A stretch of 64,000 bases of DNA from Candidatus Pacearchaeota archaeon (GTDB taxonomy: Archaea > Nanobdellota > Nanobdellia > Pacearchaeales > GW2011-AR1): contig JAGVXA010000004.1 in the NCBI GenBank assembly GCA_018304025.1, forward strand, positions 9,719 to 73,718, written 5' to 3'. The stretch's first letter is position 1. Each line of letters opens with the position of its first letter. Shown here piece by piece: positions 28,350-37,670 of the stretch. The notes under the pieces were generated by a model. The model worked only from the letters and a program-made list of their open reading frames with translations. It had not been told where the DNA came from and made no database searches. The position numbers and the translations under genes were made by a program.

Positions 28350-28592
28350 TCATTCTCTCTCAATCTTCCACTTCCTTTCATACTCATCCAACTGGTACTT
28401 CAATGCAGAAATATAAGCATTATAATTTTGATTGCGTAATTTTTTATCACAAACTAATCTCCTCAATCTTCTGCTGTCCCGGCACATTCTTTCAAGAATC
28501 GCGCTGTCTTGGTCGTCGTGTATTCCGCTTCCAAATAAATAAAGAATGTCATCTGCCCTTTCCCTTAGCTGTTCTTCTGTTCTTCTATCCAT
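28350..28592 (-). CDS. small hypothetical protein, paralogue 2
   Basis: Homologous to 27196-27435, with an identical ~34-bp promoter/RBS (aaaatccctccaatcaatagttttaaactttccg). Confidence 0.75.
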   Translation of the reverse strand: MDRRTEEQLRERADDILYLFGSGIHDDQDSAILERMCRDSRRLRRLVCDKKLRNQNYNAYISALKYQLDEYERKWKIERE

Positions 28593-28629
28593 GTAAAATC
28601 CCTCCAATCAATAGTTTTAAACTTTCCGC

Positions 28630-28824
28630 TTGTCAGAATTGGCTCCGTAGAATAACTCCTCCAAGTTGTTACATTTAGTTATAATTTATTGCTACTTGCA
28701 AAAACAACATTTGCAGTCTAAGATGCTGTCCAGTTATCGCGAGATAGATTATAAAAAAGCACCAGAAAAACGAAGAGGTTTCTTTCTAATTATATTTAAA
28801 AGTTGATGATAATTTGACAGTATC
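28630..28824. mobile_element. degenerate MITE copy D (left end lost)
   Basis: Right TIR ttgacagtatc (28814-28824); internal tcctccaagttgt shared with copy B. Confidence 0.5.
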
Positions 28825-28867
28825 CGCAAACAAATAAATTTATATACATCTTTCAATCCCAAAGAAA

Positions 28868-29290
28868 ATGAAGCGAAGTACTCTCGTGGGCATTTTGTGC
28901 GGCGGCGCAGCTGTTTTGCTTACTGCAGGTTATACCGCAAGAAATTATAATGGTTCTCCTTCTAACAACCCTTCAAGCTACGACGCATCCCACGATTACA
29001 TCGGCTTTTCCCCAAGAGGAGAAAACGTCCTCGCCGCAGACAGGGACGGGCTGAAAAGAGTCAGAGTCTGGGACGAGAACGGAAAATTCTATCTGGATGA
29101 AAAAATCTCTCCGGAAATCTGGGACAACTCCCAATCTCCTCCACTCTCTCCAGAAAACAAAATCGTGTCTCCGATTGCCCAAACATTCATATTTGAAAAA
29201 CCATTAAGGGAAGGAGATTACACAATTGAAGTGACAGACACAAAAAATAATATCCAGACATTCAGAAAATATTTCAAGCCGGAAAAATAA
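28868..29290 (+). CDS. secreted/anchored small Ig-like protein
   Basis: N-terminal hydrophobic segment; GDYTIEVTDTKNN strand motif. Confidence 0.7.
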   Translation: MKRSTLVGILCGGAAVLLTAGYTARNYNGSPSNNPSSYDASHDYIGFSPRGENVLAADRDGLKRVRVWDENGKFYLDEKISPEIWDNSQSPPLSPENKIVSPIAQTFIFEKPLREGDYTIEVTDTKNNIQTFRKYFKPEK

Positions 29291-29291
29291 T

Positions 29292-32200
29292 ATGGTTTCA
29301 ATCCAAAACAAAAAGATATTATTCGTTTCATTAGTTCTGGCGCTTCTCTTCGCCTCCATCGCTTTTGTCGAGTCAGCTTCTGAGGAAAGAATCGTCCTAA
29401 AAAACTCAATCCAAAAAAAATCCCCTCCAGAAAAATCAAGCATATCATTGTTAAAAACTGCTCAAGCCAAGTTGAAACAAAAAAATATTTCAATCAACGA
29501 TTCTCTTCTTTCACCTGTCCAGCCCGCAAGCTCCCCTCCCATTGAAACAGAATGTTTCTGGTTTGATGCAGACACTGACAAAGACATTGACCAATCAGAC
29601 TTCGGAAGATTCACAGCTTGTCTGACAGGACAAGGCAGCCCAATCTCTGTAGAATCCTGCAGAAGATTCGACTCAGATTCAGATAACGACGTCGATTCTT
29701 CAGACAGCGCTGTTTTCCAAACCTGCCTCTCAGGCCCGCAAACTCTTTATCCAAATTTCAATCCGCAGATTTATTATTCAACAATATTATTAAAAAATTT
29801 AGAAGAATCAATTTTAGGCGCAGATGTCAGCGAGCCCTTCGCGCTTTCCCAATCCCAGATAATCTCAATAAATAATTTCATAGAATCAACAAAATCCCCC
29901 TCGTCAAAAAACAATCTGGCTGTAATCAGCAAAAAATTATACTACCCTGTCCAGAATAATCTTTTCACATTCAATCCTTCAGCAGACATAGTCCAGTCAG
30001 GAGACTCAACTCTTTATTACTTGTCCATCTCCGACGGAAACAAATTCCTGCTTTTAGAAAAATCAAATTCTTGGGAGCCCTGCGCAGTCGCGAACACGAA
30101 TAATCCATTTGAAATTTTCAAAGACGTGAATTGCATTTTTGAAACAACAGTTTCAGAAGGAAACCCCCCGTTCTTGATAGAGAATCAGGAAGCAATACAG
30201 CAGATTAATTCTTATCTCTCAGCTAAAAAAACAGAAGGAGTCATAACAGACTACGTCCTGCACGCGCTCGACGACGACCCGAATGAATTAGTCGTCTTAA
30301 CAATTCCAAGCCCAGACTTCCCAGAATTAAGCTTTGCTGTTTCAATGCACGATGCAGACAAATTCGCGCCAGAGCCAAACATGACTCTGAATAAAGATTT
30401 ATTCAACGAGCTAATCAACGACGACGTATTCTTATTCTTGGGCGAAAATTACCAATATGTCTCAGATTTCAAAACTCCTCTCTCAGCTCTAAAATCAATT
30501 TCAGAAAATTCAAATTACAAAGAAAAAACCGCAAGAGCTATTGAAATAATTTCTTCAACAGAATTAACAGACTACGGAGTTTGCGGAGATGGTTATTGCG
30601 ATTCAGATGAAACCTGCATAGAAGATTGCGGCGCAAGAGTTTTCGTGACAAGCCAGATTTACGACGGCAATCTCGGCGGCTTGGCGGGCGCAGACGAAAA
30701 ATGCAGGCAAGCTGCAAAAACCGCAAATCTCGGAGGAATCTGGAAAGCTTACATCGGCACAGAAATACTTCCCGCAGAATCAAGAATTTATCCTTCCCCC
30801 CTGCCTTACAAAAAATTAGACGGAACTTTAATAGCAAACAATTACAATGATTTAACAGACAGCAGTATTGAATCGCAGATTAACATCGACGAGTTCAACG
30901 AATCAGTGCCTGCGCCGGAATATTCAAATTTTATTTTTGCATGGACAGGTTCTGCCGGCTCCGACGGCAAAATAGCTGATTGTAACGATTGGACAAATAA
31001 TAATCTTGTATTCTCTAACGGAAATTGGATTCTGCCGTCTTCTTGGAATAATTATGGCGGCGCAGGAATTATAAACTGGGAAAGTGAAAGGCAAGCGCAA
31101 TGGTCAAGCGCAGTGTCTTCGGGATGCCACGTTAAAAATAAATTATATTGTATCGAACAGCCAGCTTCAGAGCCCTCAAGAATTTTGCAGGCTTCTGCAA
31201 ATCCAAATCCCTCCCCAATTCCAATCCCTCAGGGCATGAATACCGACGAATATTACAGGCTTGTTCAGGGAACAGTCCCGTTCAGAAACGGAATTTTCTT
31301 TTTCCAGGGCCCGATGCTCGGATTGAACAAAATCGAGCAAACTCAGATACTAAGCACAAAAAACACGCTGATGAGATTCAAAAAATTTGGCTACACTTTC
31401 AAATCTCTTTCCGCAGGCCCTTATCCAAATGTGAAAGCAATTGAAAAATTTATAGAATACGTAAAGAACCCTGAATACCAGATTATTTATTCAGATGTTC
31501 ACGCTTCTTCCGGAACTCCTCAGTTGATAGAATGCTGGAAAAGCGACGACGCTGTTTTCATGCAGGGCCCTGATTTCAACGCAGCAATGGCGAGAGTCCA
31601 GCAATTAAGAAACGACCCAAGATACGCCAACTACCAGATAGCAATTAACTCTGTCTGCAAGTATCTTGATGTTCATACCGGAAAAATTAAAACAGAAGGA
31701 TACGGAATTACAGTTTCTCCAATCTGGCTATACCGGATGGATGCCAACGGGCAGAACAGAAAATCAATTGTCTTCCAGGCAACTTGCTTCGGCGGAGTTT
31801 CCCACCTAGTTCCGAATTCTGCAGTGAACAGCTGGATTTCAGTCCCCGACAGAATAACAAAACTAGCTTATTCCGCGGGCGTGAAAGATGTTCTTCTCTT
31901 CACAGATTATTTCCTGACTGAAAGAAGTTTCCCGATGGAAGATTTTCCGTACATTTCAAGCGGGTTGTTAAGAACGCCTTCATTAATTTTCAATAAAGTC
32001 GGAACAAAATATGCTTCGTCCAAAGCGTATTACGACGGAGAAACTACTTTGACCGTCGGAAACACAATAATTTTAGACGGTAGTATCGACACAAATAATC
32101 CCTGCCTTACAAAGCGCTCGTTTTCTTCAGCAAGCATTTTCACAGATTATATTTTCTGCCAGATGATTCACCACGGCGGGACAGGCCCCCAGCCGGAAGT

Positions 32201-33173
32201 TGCGCCAAGAGTCTCGTCTGTTTCAGGCCCCGGATTCAGCAAAAAAACAGAGCCATATGAAGGATGCAACAAATACGGATACCAAGTTAAATACACAAAC
32301 ATGTCAAACGAAATCGAAATTAATTTTAACACGCCGATTCTTCCCGAGCCGAACTCCGTCGAAGTAGATGTCACCGGCTGCGTCGCTGATTTTGAAAAAA
32401 ACCCGGACGTATTGCTAAATTATTACGAATCTGCTTATCCAAAATATTCAATTGATTCTCTGAAAGCGCTGAGCGAATTCAAGCAGGTATATAACTTGCC
32501 AATTAATCCGGATAATTTGTACGACATAAATTGGAGCACAGCGCAGACAAATGCCTACAGCGCAAATTACAAGAATAAATTAAATATAAAATTAAATTGG
32601 TGGCCGTCGAGAAGATACGAGATGTGCCTTCCCCAATCTTTCGAAGGAGAGGCAATCTATCCAGATTACACAAAAATAAACTTCCCAGAACACGATCATT
32701 CCTTCCTTGAAAGCGGCGGAAGAAATCAAAATAGATTAGTCGAGTCAGATGCAACAAGCGATAGCGGATGGAAGGACGACACAATCGAGCCGCCTTGGAC
32801 TAGCGGAGATCCGGACATATGGCAGGACGACTGGTCTTCAGACAGATTTGTAAAAATAACTTTGAAAGGAAATTTAATACGAAGCTGGCCCGCAGGAATA
32901 AAATTCAACGGGCAGAACGCAGATGTCTCTCGGTTTAACATGCTCCAGTCAGGATATAATTATTACGGCGTTTACAATCCCTCGACAAAAAATTTCGATT
33001 TGAAATGGGAGTACTACAACGGCAACGACGCTCCTGGAAAAGATTTCCAAATCTGGTTCCCATGCCAAAAGCCCGTCGTCACTTATAACATACAGCAAAT
33101 TTACTGCGAATCAAACGAAGACTGCCCGCCGGATAATTATTGTCTAGTCGATAAGCATATATGCGTAGGATAA
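29292..33173 (+). CDS. large secreted mosaic protein: dockerin-like Ca-binding pair + DUF1554/endostatin-like lectin domain + unknown domains
   Basis: Signal peptide; DADTDKDIDQSDFGRFTACLTG / DSDSDNDVDSSDSAVFQTCLSGP; CGDGYCD; VFVTSQIYDGNLGGLAGADEKC...LYCIEQ. Confidence 0.8.
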   Translation: MVSIQNKKILFVSLVLALLFASIAFVESASEERIVLKNSIQKKSPPEKSSISLLKTAQAKLKQKNISINDSLLSPVQPASSPPIETECFWFDADTDKDIDQSDFGRFTACLTGQGSPISVESCRRFDSDSDNDVDSSDSAVFQTCLSGPQTLYPNFNPQIYYSTILLKNLEESILGADVSEPFALSQSQIISINNFIESTKSPSSKNNLAVISKKLYYPVQNNLFTFNPSADIVQSGDSTLYYLSISDGNKFLLLEKSNSWEPCAVANTNNPFEIFKDVNCIFETTVSEGNPPFLIENQEAIQQINSYLSAKKTEGVITDYVLHALDDDPNELVVLTIPSPDFPELSFAVSMHDADKFAPEPNMTLNKDLFNELINDDVFLFLGENYQYVSDFKTPLSALKSISENSNYKEKTARAIEIISSTELTDYGVCGDGYCDSDETCIEDCGARVFVTSQIYDGNLGGLAGADEKCRQAAKTANLGGIWKAYIGTEILPAESRIYPSPLPYKKLDGTLIANNYNDLTDSSIESQINIDEFNESVPAPEYSNFIFAWTGSAGSDGKIADCNDWTNNNLVFSNGNWILPSSWNNYGGAGIINWESERQAQWSSAVSSGCHVKNKLYCIEQPASEPSRILQASANPNPSPIPIPQGMNTDEYYRLVQGTVPFRNGIFFFQGPMLGLNKIEQTQILSTKNTLMRFKKFGYTFKSLSAGPYPNVKAIEKFIEYVKNPEYQIIYSDVHASSGTPQLIECWKSDDAVFMQGPDFNAAMARVQQLRNDPRYANYQIAINSVCKYLDVHTGKIKTEGYGITVSPIWLYRMDANGQNRKSIVFQATCFGGVSHLVPNSAVNSWISVPDRITKLAYSAGVKDVLLFTDYFLTERSFPMEDFPYISSGLLRTPSLIFNKVGTKYASSKAYYDGETTLTVGNTIILDGSIDTNNPCLTKRSFSSASIFTDYIFCQMIHHGGTGPQPEVAPRVSSVSGPGFSKKTEPYEGCNKYGYQVKYTNMSNEIEINFNTPILPEPNSVEVDVTGCVADFEKNPDVLLNYYESAYPKYSIDSLKALSEFKQVYNLPINPDNLYDINWSTAQTNAYSANYKNKLNIKLNWWPSRRYEMCLPQSFEGEAIYPDYTKINFPEHDHSFLESGGRNQNRLVESDATSDSGWKDDTIEPPWTSGDPDIWQDDWSSDRFVKITLKGNLIRSWPAGIKFNGQNADVSRFNMLQSGYNYYGVYNPSTKNFDLKWEYYNGNDAPGKDFQIWFPCQKPVVTYNIQQIYCESNEDCPPDNYCLVDKHICVG

Positions 33174-33236
33174 ATTATATCACTTTAAAATTACTACAAA
33201 AGCAAAGTTTAAATACCATTATACTCTAAAATAATT

Positions 33237-34073
33237 ATGAAAACAAAAGTTTTCTCTGTACTGGCAGCAGGATTAATTTTAGCAATGCTAATTCTCGCAG
33301 GCCCTGCGCAGGGTTTTACATTAAGTCTTGCGTTGGATAATTCCTCGCCGACAATCGGAGATAAAATAAATTTCACAGCCGAAATAAATATTCCTTCGGG
33401 AGAGCAGCTTCCAATGGAATATCTAACATTAGAATTATCCGGCCCGGAAACAGGCGCTTGCAAATTTTCTCCAGACGGAACAATCATAAGTGGATGCAAG
33501 GGAATAACAATTTCATTAAATCAAAATTCAAATTATGGTTACGGTTACGGATATGGATACGGCTACCAATCGGGAAAATTAATTTACACAATTACCGTCG
33601 ATACTTCACAATACAAGACAGGAGAATACTCGACAAGTTTTAATGTAAAAACAAATCCTTTGTTCACTCAGTCAGGTCCGTCTTTCAATATAATAGCAAA
33701 ACAATCAAGCGGCGGTTCAGGATGCTACACTCAATGGCAATGCACAGACTGGACTGAATGCGTCGACGGCGAGCAATTCCGTTCATGTTCTAAAAAAATA
33801 AATTACTGCTCCGCAGCCAAGCAGCCGGAATTGGAAAGAACTTGTTTGAATCAAAAATCTTTGGCTTCCGTCAGCAAAAACAAGAATAGCGACGGCAAAA
33901 TAGAATTAAACGAGACAGAAACATTAAGCCAGTCGTCTCAAAAATTAGCTTCAGCAATAACCGGAGCAGTTACAGGCGTGGCTGGCGACGTCGGCTACGG
34001 CGGAATTATAATTTTTGTTGTCGTGGTTTTGGGCTCGCTTTTCTTGATTGTTTTCCTGAGAAGAGTCTTGTAA
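33237..34073 (+). CDS. secreted (YG)n-repeat protein with Cys module and ITG-TM anchor
   Basis: Signal peptide; NYGYGYGYGYGY; WQCTDWTEC..GEQFRSC; AITGAV followed by a C-terminal TM and RR. Confidence 0.8.
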   Translation: MKTKVFSVLAAGLILAMLILAGPAQGFTLSLALDNSSPTIGDKINFTAEINIPSGEQLPMEYLTLELSGPETGACKFSPDGTIISGCKGITISLNQNSNYGYGYGYGYGYQSGKLIYTITVDTSQYKTGEYSTSFNVKTNPLFTQSGPSFNIIAKQSSGGSGCYTQWQCTDWTECVDGEQFRSCSKKINYCSAAKQPELERTCLNQKSLASVSKNKNSDGKIELNETETLSQSSQKLASAITGAVTGVAGDVGYGGIIIFVVVVLGSLFLIVFLRRVL

Positions 34074-34144
34074 TTGTAAAATTTACCACTGGAATATAAT
34101 GAAAGAGATTTATATATTTGCTATTCTTCTATAAATCAAGTAAA

Positions 34145-35029
34145 ATGGGGGATGTGAGCAAAATTTCTGCAACTGCAATAACTTTGTTAGTTCTTTCCAT
34201 CTTGATTATAACTGGTCCTGCAAGAGCTTTTGTCCTCGGTTTTTCAGTGTTGAATAACATCCCAATTCCCGGCGCGCCAGTTAATTTTTTAGTTTCAGCT
34301 GAAATAGAGCACGATGAAATTTTAAATATAAAAAATTTCACTTTCGAATTAACAGGTCCACAAAGTTTAACCTGCGATTTTCTTCCGAACGGAACTATTT
34401 TAACTTCTTGTCCGGGAATTAAAATTGAACAAATCGAATCTGCAGAATTTCAATTCGGATATGGCTACGGCTACGGTTATGGATATGGCTACGGCTACGG
34501 CTACGGCGAAAATGGTTTCCTCCGAGGATTTCTAAAATATAATATTACTCTCGACTCAAACACATTGCCCGCAGGAGAATACACCGCAAAACTTTTCGCA
34601 GCAACACCGACGGAGAGATTCCAGAGTTCAGAAGAAGAATTAACAATATTCAAGGAGTTGGCGCCAGTGGAAAAATGCTCGATACGTGCAGAGAAAGGAA
34701 AAATATCTATCGATGGCAAATCCCTGGAATCTCCAAGAACAAAACTTAATCTCGGTGTTCCAGAAAACAGGGCGCAGAAAGGAAAAGGATTTATAACAGC
34801 GCAGGGAGGAAGAGACAGAATAACTTACCAGTTTAAAGTAGACAAAGCAGCTAGAATCAGCGCAGACACAATTCTTTTCTTCACGTCGGGAGTTTTAGAG
34901 CATAATAAGGAAAAAACTTCAGAGTCCGCGCTGATTTCATTCAACACAAAATCCTTTAAGACACAAGTTATTGTCGACGGAGAGTCGCTTAAAATTCAGG
35001 AAATGGATGTTAATTTCGCCAAATGTTAA
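34145..35029 (+). CDS. secreted (YG)n-repeat protein, paralogous N-domain
   Basis: GPARAF signal end; ELTGP...C.F.P.GTI...C.GI shared with the previous gene; GYGYGYGYGYGYGYGYG. Confidence 0.8.
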   Translation: MGDVSKISATAITLLVLSILIITGPARAFVLGFSVLNNIPIPGAPVNFLVSAEIEHDEILNIKNFTFELTGPQSLTCDFLPNGTILTSCPGIKIEQIESAEFQFGYGYGYGYGYGYGYGYGENGFLRGFLKYNITLDSNTLPAGEYTAKLFAATPTERFQSSEEELTIFKELAPVEKCSIRAEKGKISIDGKSLESPRTKLNLGVPENRAQKGKGFITAQGGRDRITYQFKVDKAARISADTILFFTSGVLEHNKEKTSESALISFNTKSFKTQVIVDGESLKIQEMDVNFAKC

Positions 35030-35030
35030 G

Positions 35031-35810
35031 ATGAAAAAAATTTTTTGTATTTTCTTTTTCGCTGTAATTTTTTCTGCGCTGGTGTCCTCTGCAGAATTCA
35101 GCCCGAATATTTTAGTTTATAGTCTTGAGCCAAATCAAGAACTATGCCAGCAGATAATAATCTTCTCTGAAACATTAAAAAAATTTGAAGTTTCCGACAG
35201 ATTGTCTGAAAATTCCAGAATTGAAATCAACTTCACAAAAACCATAGACAGATTCAAGGGAGAAAAAATAATTGACATCTGCATAAAAGGAAACCAGAAC
35301 GGAATTTACAACGGAATGGTTTTTTTCAGAGATCCGGCAGAAAAAAATACTAGTCTGTTCGCCGGTTCTGTCCAAATTTTCGTCGACGTTTCAGAAATTC
35401 AGCAATCTCCTTCTGAAATTATCTCTTCCCCCTCGGCAAGTTCAGGCGGCGGGGGAGGTGGTGGGGGTGGCGGCGGCAGTTCAGCAAAACCAAAAACAAC
35501 AGCAAATAAAAATCAAACAATAGCCAACAAAACAATTCAATCACTCTCCGTCCAAACCAAGGAAATTTCAAATTCAAATAACGAGTCTCCCCACGACGCT
35601 TCAGAAATAACCGGCGCAGCAGTCAGCACAAATTCCAAATTAAAACCAATTATCCCGATAATTTTCATCCTCGCTGTTTTGGTATTCTTCGTATACTCGA
35701 AAATAAACCCTTCGGGAAAAAATCCAAGTTCACCAAAGAAAAGGAGTAACACGCATTTAAATAAATCCTCGTCTATTAAACTTATTGAAAGGAGGTTAAA
35801 AAAGAGATGA
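35031..35810 (+). CDS. secreted Ig-like domain + poly-Gly linker + ITG-TM anchor
   Basis: FSPNILVYSLEPNQELCQ; poly-Gly tract; EITGAAV followed by TM. Confidence 0.75.
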   Translation: MKKIFCIFFFAVIFSALVSSAEFSPNILVYSLEPNQELCQQIIIFSETLKKFEVSDRLSENSRIEINFTKTIDRFKGEKIIDICIKGNQNGIYNGMVFFRDPAEKNTSLFAGSVQIFVDVSEIQQSPSEIISSPSASSGGGGGGGGGGGSSAKPKTTANKNQTIANKTIQSLSVQTKEISNSNNESPHDASEITGAAVSTNSKLKPIIPIIFILAVLVFFVYSKINPSGKNPSSPKKRSNTHLNKSSSIKLIERRLKKR

Positions 35811-36880
35811 AAAAACTTTTAGTTTTAACAGTTTTGTTTGGCTTGATGCTTTCTATAAGTGGAGTTTTTGCTATCAGTGCATCAATTAGTCGTTCTTCAA
35901 CAGGCGCAGCATATTCTGTTACAAGCGACGTGCAATCAAGTTCTATTCCTAATTCGTTGCATACGAATGCAGACTTAATTACTAATTATCCTCCCTCAAA
36001 TGAAGGAAGAATTAGAATAACTTTTGACACGCCTATGCCTCTTAACAATTTAGAAAAAATTTCTTGGATGCAGTATGTAACGAAAGGATACTTAACACAC
36101 GTCGATATATTGTTAGAATCAGGAGAAGTTCTAGTAGCAGAAGGAGCCCATCAACACGGTAATCTTATAACTGGCTGGCCAGAAAATACTTGGATTAAAA
36201 CATTTAATGGAGTTAATTGTGATATGTCCACACACTGGGCTGATGGCTGGATAGATTGTCCTTCTGATTTAACTAGTGTTAATAACTGGACAAATGTTTG
36301 GAAAGATAGTGGTGGGACGGATGGAACAGGAACCGACGGTCCAAATCTTCAGTCCTTAGAAAAATACAAAAAAGGTTGGAACAATATAATCGGAACCAAT
36401 TTAGTAACTGCCATAGAAATCGAAGTAGACGGATGGGTAGCAGAATCTGAAGCATATATAGATGACATAAAAATAAATGACGATTTAATCACAAACTTTG
36501 ATGATTCAACGCAAATCATCGGAGAAATTAATGAAAATGTAGAGGTTCAAATTTCTCCAGCAGTTCTTAACTTTGGATCCCTCTTACCAGGAACTTCAGG
36601 AAATCCTGCGATTAATGGACCAATAACAATTAATCCAACAGGAAGCAATGTTGATGTGCAGGTTACAGTAACGAATGTAGCAGGATTCCCGTTCGAAACA
36701 GGACTTAAACTCGATGGAAATAATCCTATTGGAAAAATTTGGAATATGGATTGTGTAGGAACAAACATTTGTGCGTATACTTCAGCAACAACTATTCCAA
36801 CTCTGAACATTCCTGCAGGAGCATCAGTCGGAGCAAAGAGCGGGGTAATAACTTATTTCGTTGCGGCACAACCACATTAA
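35807..36880 (+). CDS. secreted two-domain protein with pilin-like C-terminal domain
   Basis: Own TATA and RBS gaaaggagg; Trp-rich N-domain; C-domain ISPAVLNFGSLLPG...LNIPAGASVGAKSGVITYFV. Confidence 0.78.
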   Translation: MKKLLVLTVLFGLMLSISGVFAISASISRSSTGAAYSVTSDVQSSSIPNSLHTNADLITNYPPSNEGRIRITFDTPMPLNNLEKISWMQYVTKGYLTHVDILLESGEVLVAEGAHQHGNLITGWPENTWIKTFNGVNCDMSTHWADGWIDCPSDLTSVNNWTNVWKDSGGTDGTGTDGPNLQSLEKYKKGWNNIIGTNLVTAIEIEVDGWVAESEAYIDDIKINDDLITNFDDSTQIIGEINENVEVQISPAVLNFGSLLPGTSGNPAINGPITINPTGSNVDVQVTVTNVAGFPFETGLKLDGNNPIGKIWNMDCVGTNICAYTSATTIPTLNIPAGASVGAKSGVITYFVAAQPH

Positions 36881-36881
36881 G

Positions 36882-37670
36882 ATGAAACGCTTTTTTCTTT
36901 TTTTCTTTTTTATATTAATATCAGTCCAAACAATAACAGCAGTCAGATTTTCTCCTTCAAGTCTGACTTATATGTTAGAGCCAAACGAAGAATTATGTCA
37001 AATGATTTCCCTCAACTCAGAATCTTCACTGATAATTGTTTCAGATGCTTGGACGAAGAACGAGAGTGATGAATGGAAAATCACCCTATTCAACACAACA
37101 GCAGAAGAACATGGCTTGGCAATTTCTTATCCAAAAACTCTTTCAATAAACGAAAGGCAAGTTAACGTCTGTATTTCTGGAACAAAAGAGGGAGAGTTTC
37201 ATGGCGTAATAATAATGAGTCAGAAACAACAAGGAAATTCTATCATTCAGATGGGAGTCTGGCTCAAAGTAATCATTAAAGAAAAACCAATAGAGCAAGC
37301 AACTTCCCAAACAACTTCCCAAACAACAACCACCCCAAGCAGCAGCGGAGGCAGCAGCTCCCCGCCAAAAACAATCCCCCAGAACCAAACTCAAAAAAAC
37401 AAAACATCGACGGAAAACAGCATCAGGCAGTTATCAGCCGAAAAAACCCAGCCCCAAGAAGAGAAAGTATCCAATATAGGAATAACCGGAAAAGTCGTTA
37501 CTGAATCAAACAACAAACTAAGATACTCCACTGCCATAATCATTTTAATAATCATAGCACTCGCCATTGCAGTAGTTTACATAAAAAAAAGGCAAAATCC
37601 ATATGAAAAAATATTTTCTCGCGCTCGCAGGAATTCTTTTAATTACAACTGTCTTTGCAGTTTTAGTTGA
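36882..37670 (+). CDS. paralogue of 35031-35810 (Ig-like + S/T linker + ITG-TM)
   Basis: FSPSSLTYMLEPNEELCQ; GITGKVV followed by TM and KKR. Confidence 0.75.
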   Translation: MKRFFLFFFFILISVQTITAVRFSPSSLTYMLEPNEELCQMISLNSESSLIIVSDAWTKNESDEWKITLFNTTAEEHGLAISYPKTLSINERQVNVCISGTKEGEFHGVIIMSQKQQGNSIIQMGVWLKVIIKEKPIEQATSQTTSQTTTTPSSSGGSSSPPKTIPQNQTQKNKTSTENSIRQLSAEKTQPQEEKVSNIGITGKVVTESNNKLRYSTAIIILIIIALAIAVVYIKKRQNPYEKIFSRARRNSFNYNCLCSFS

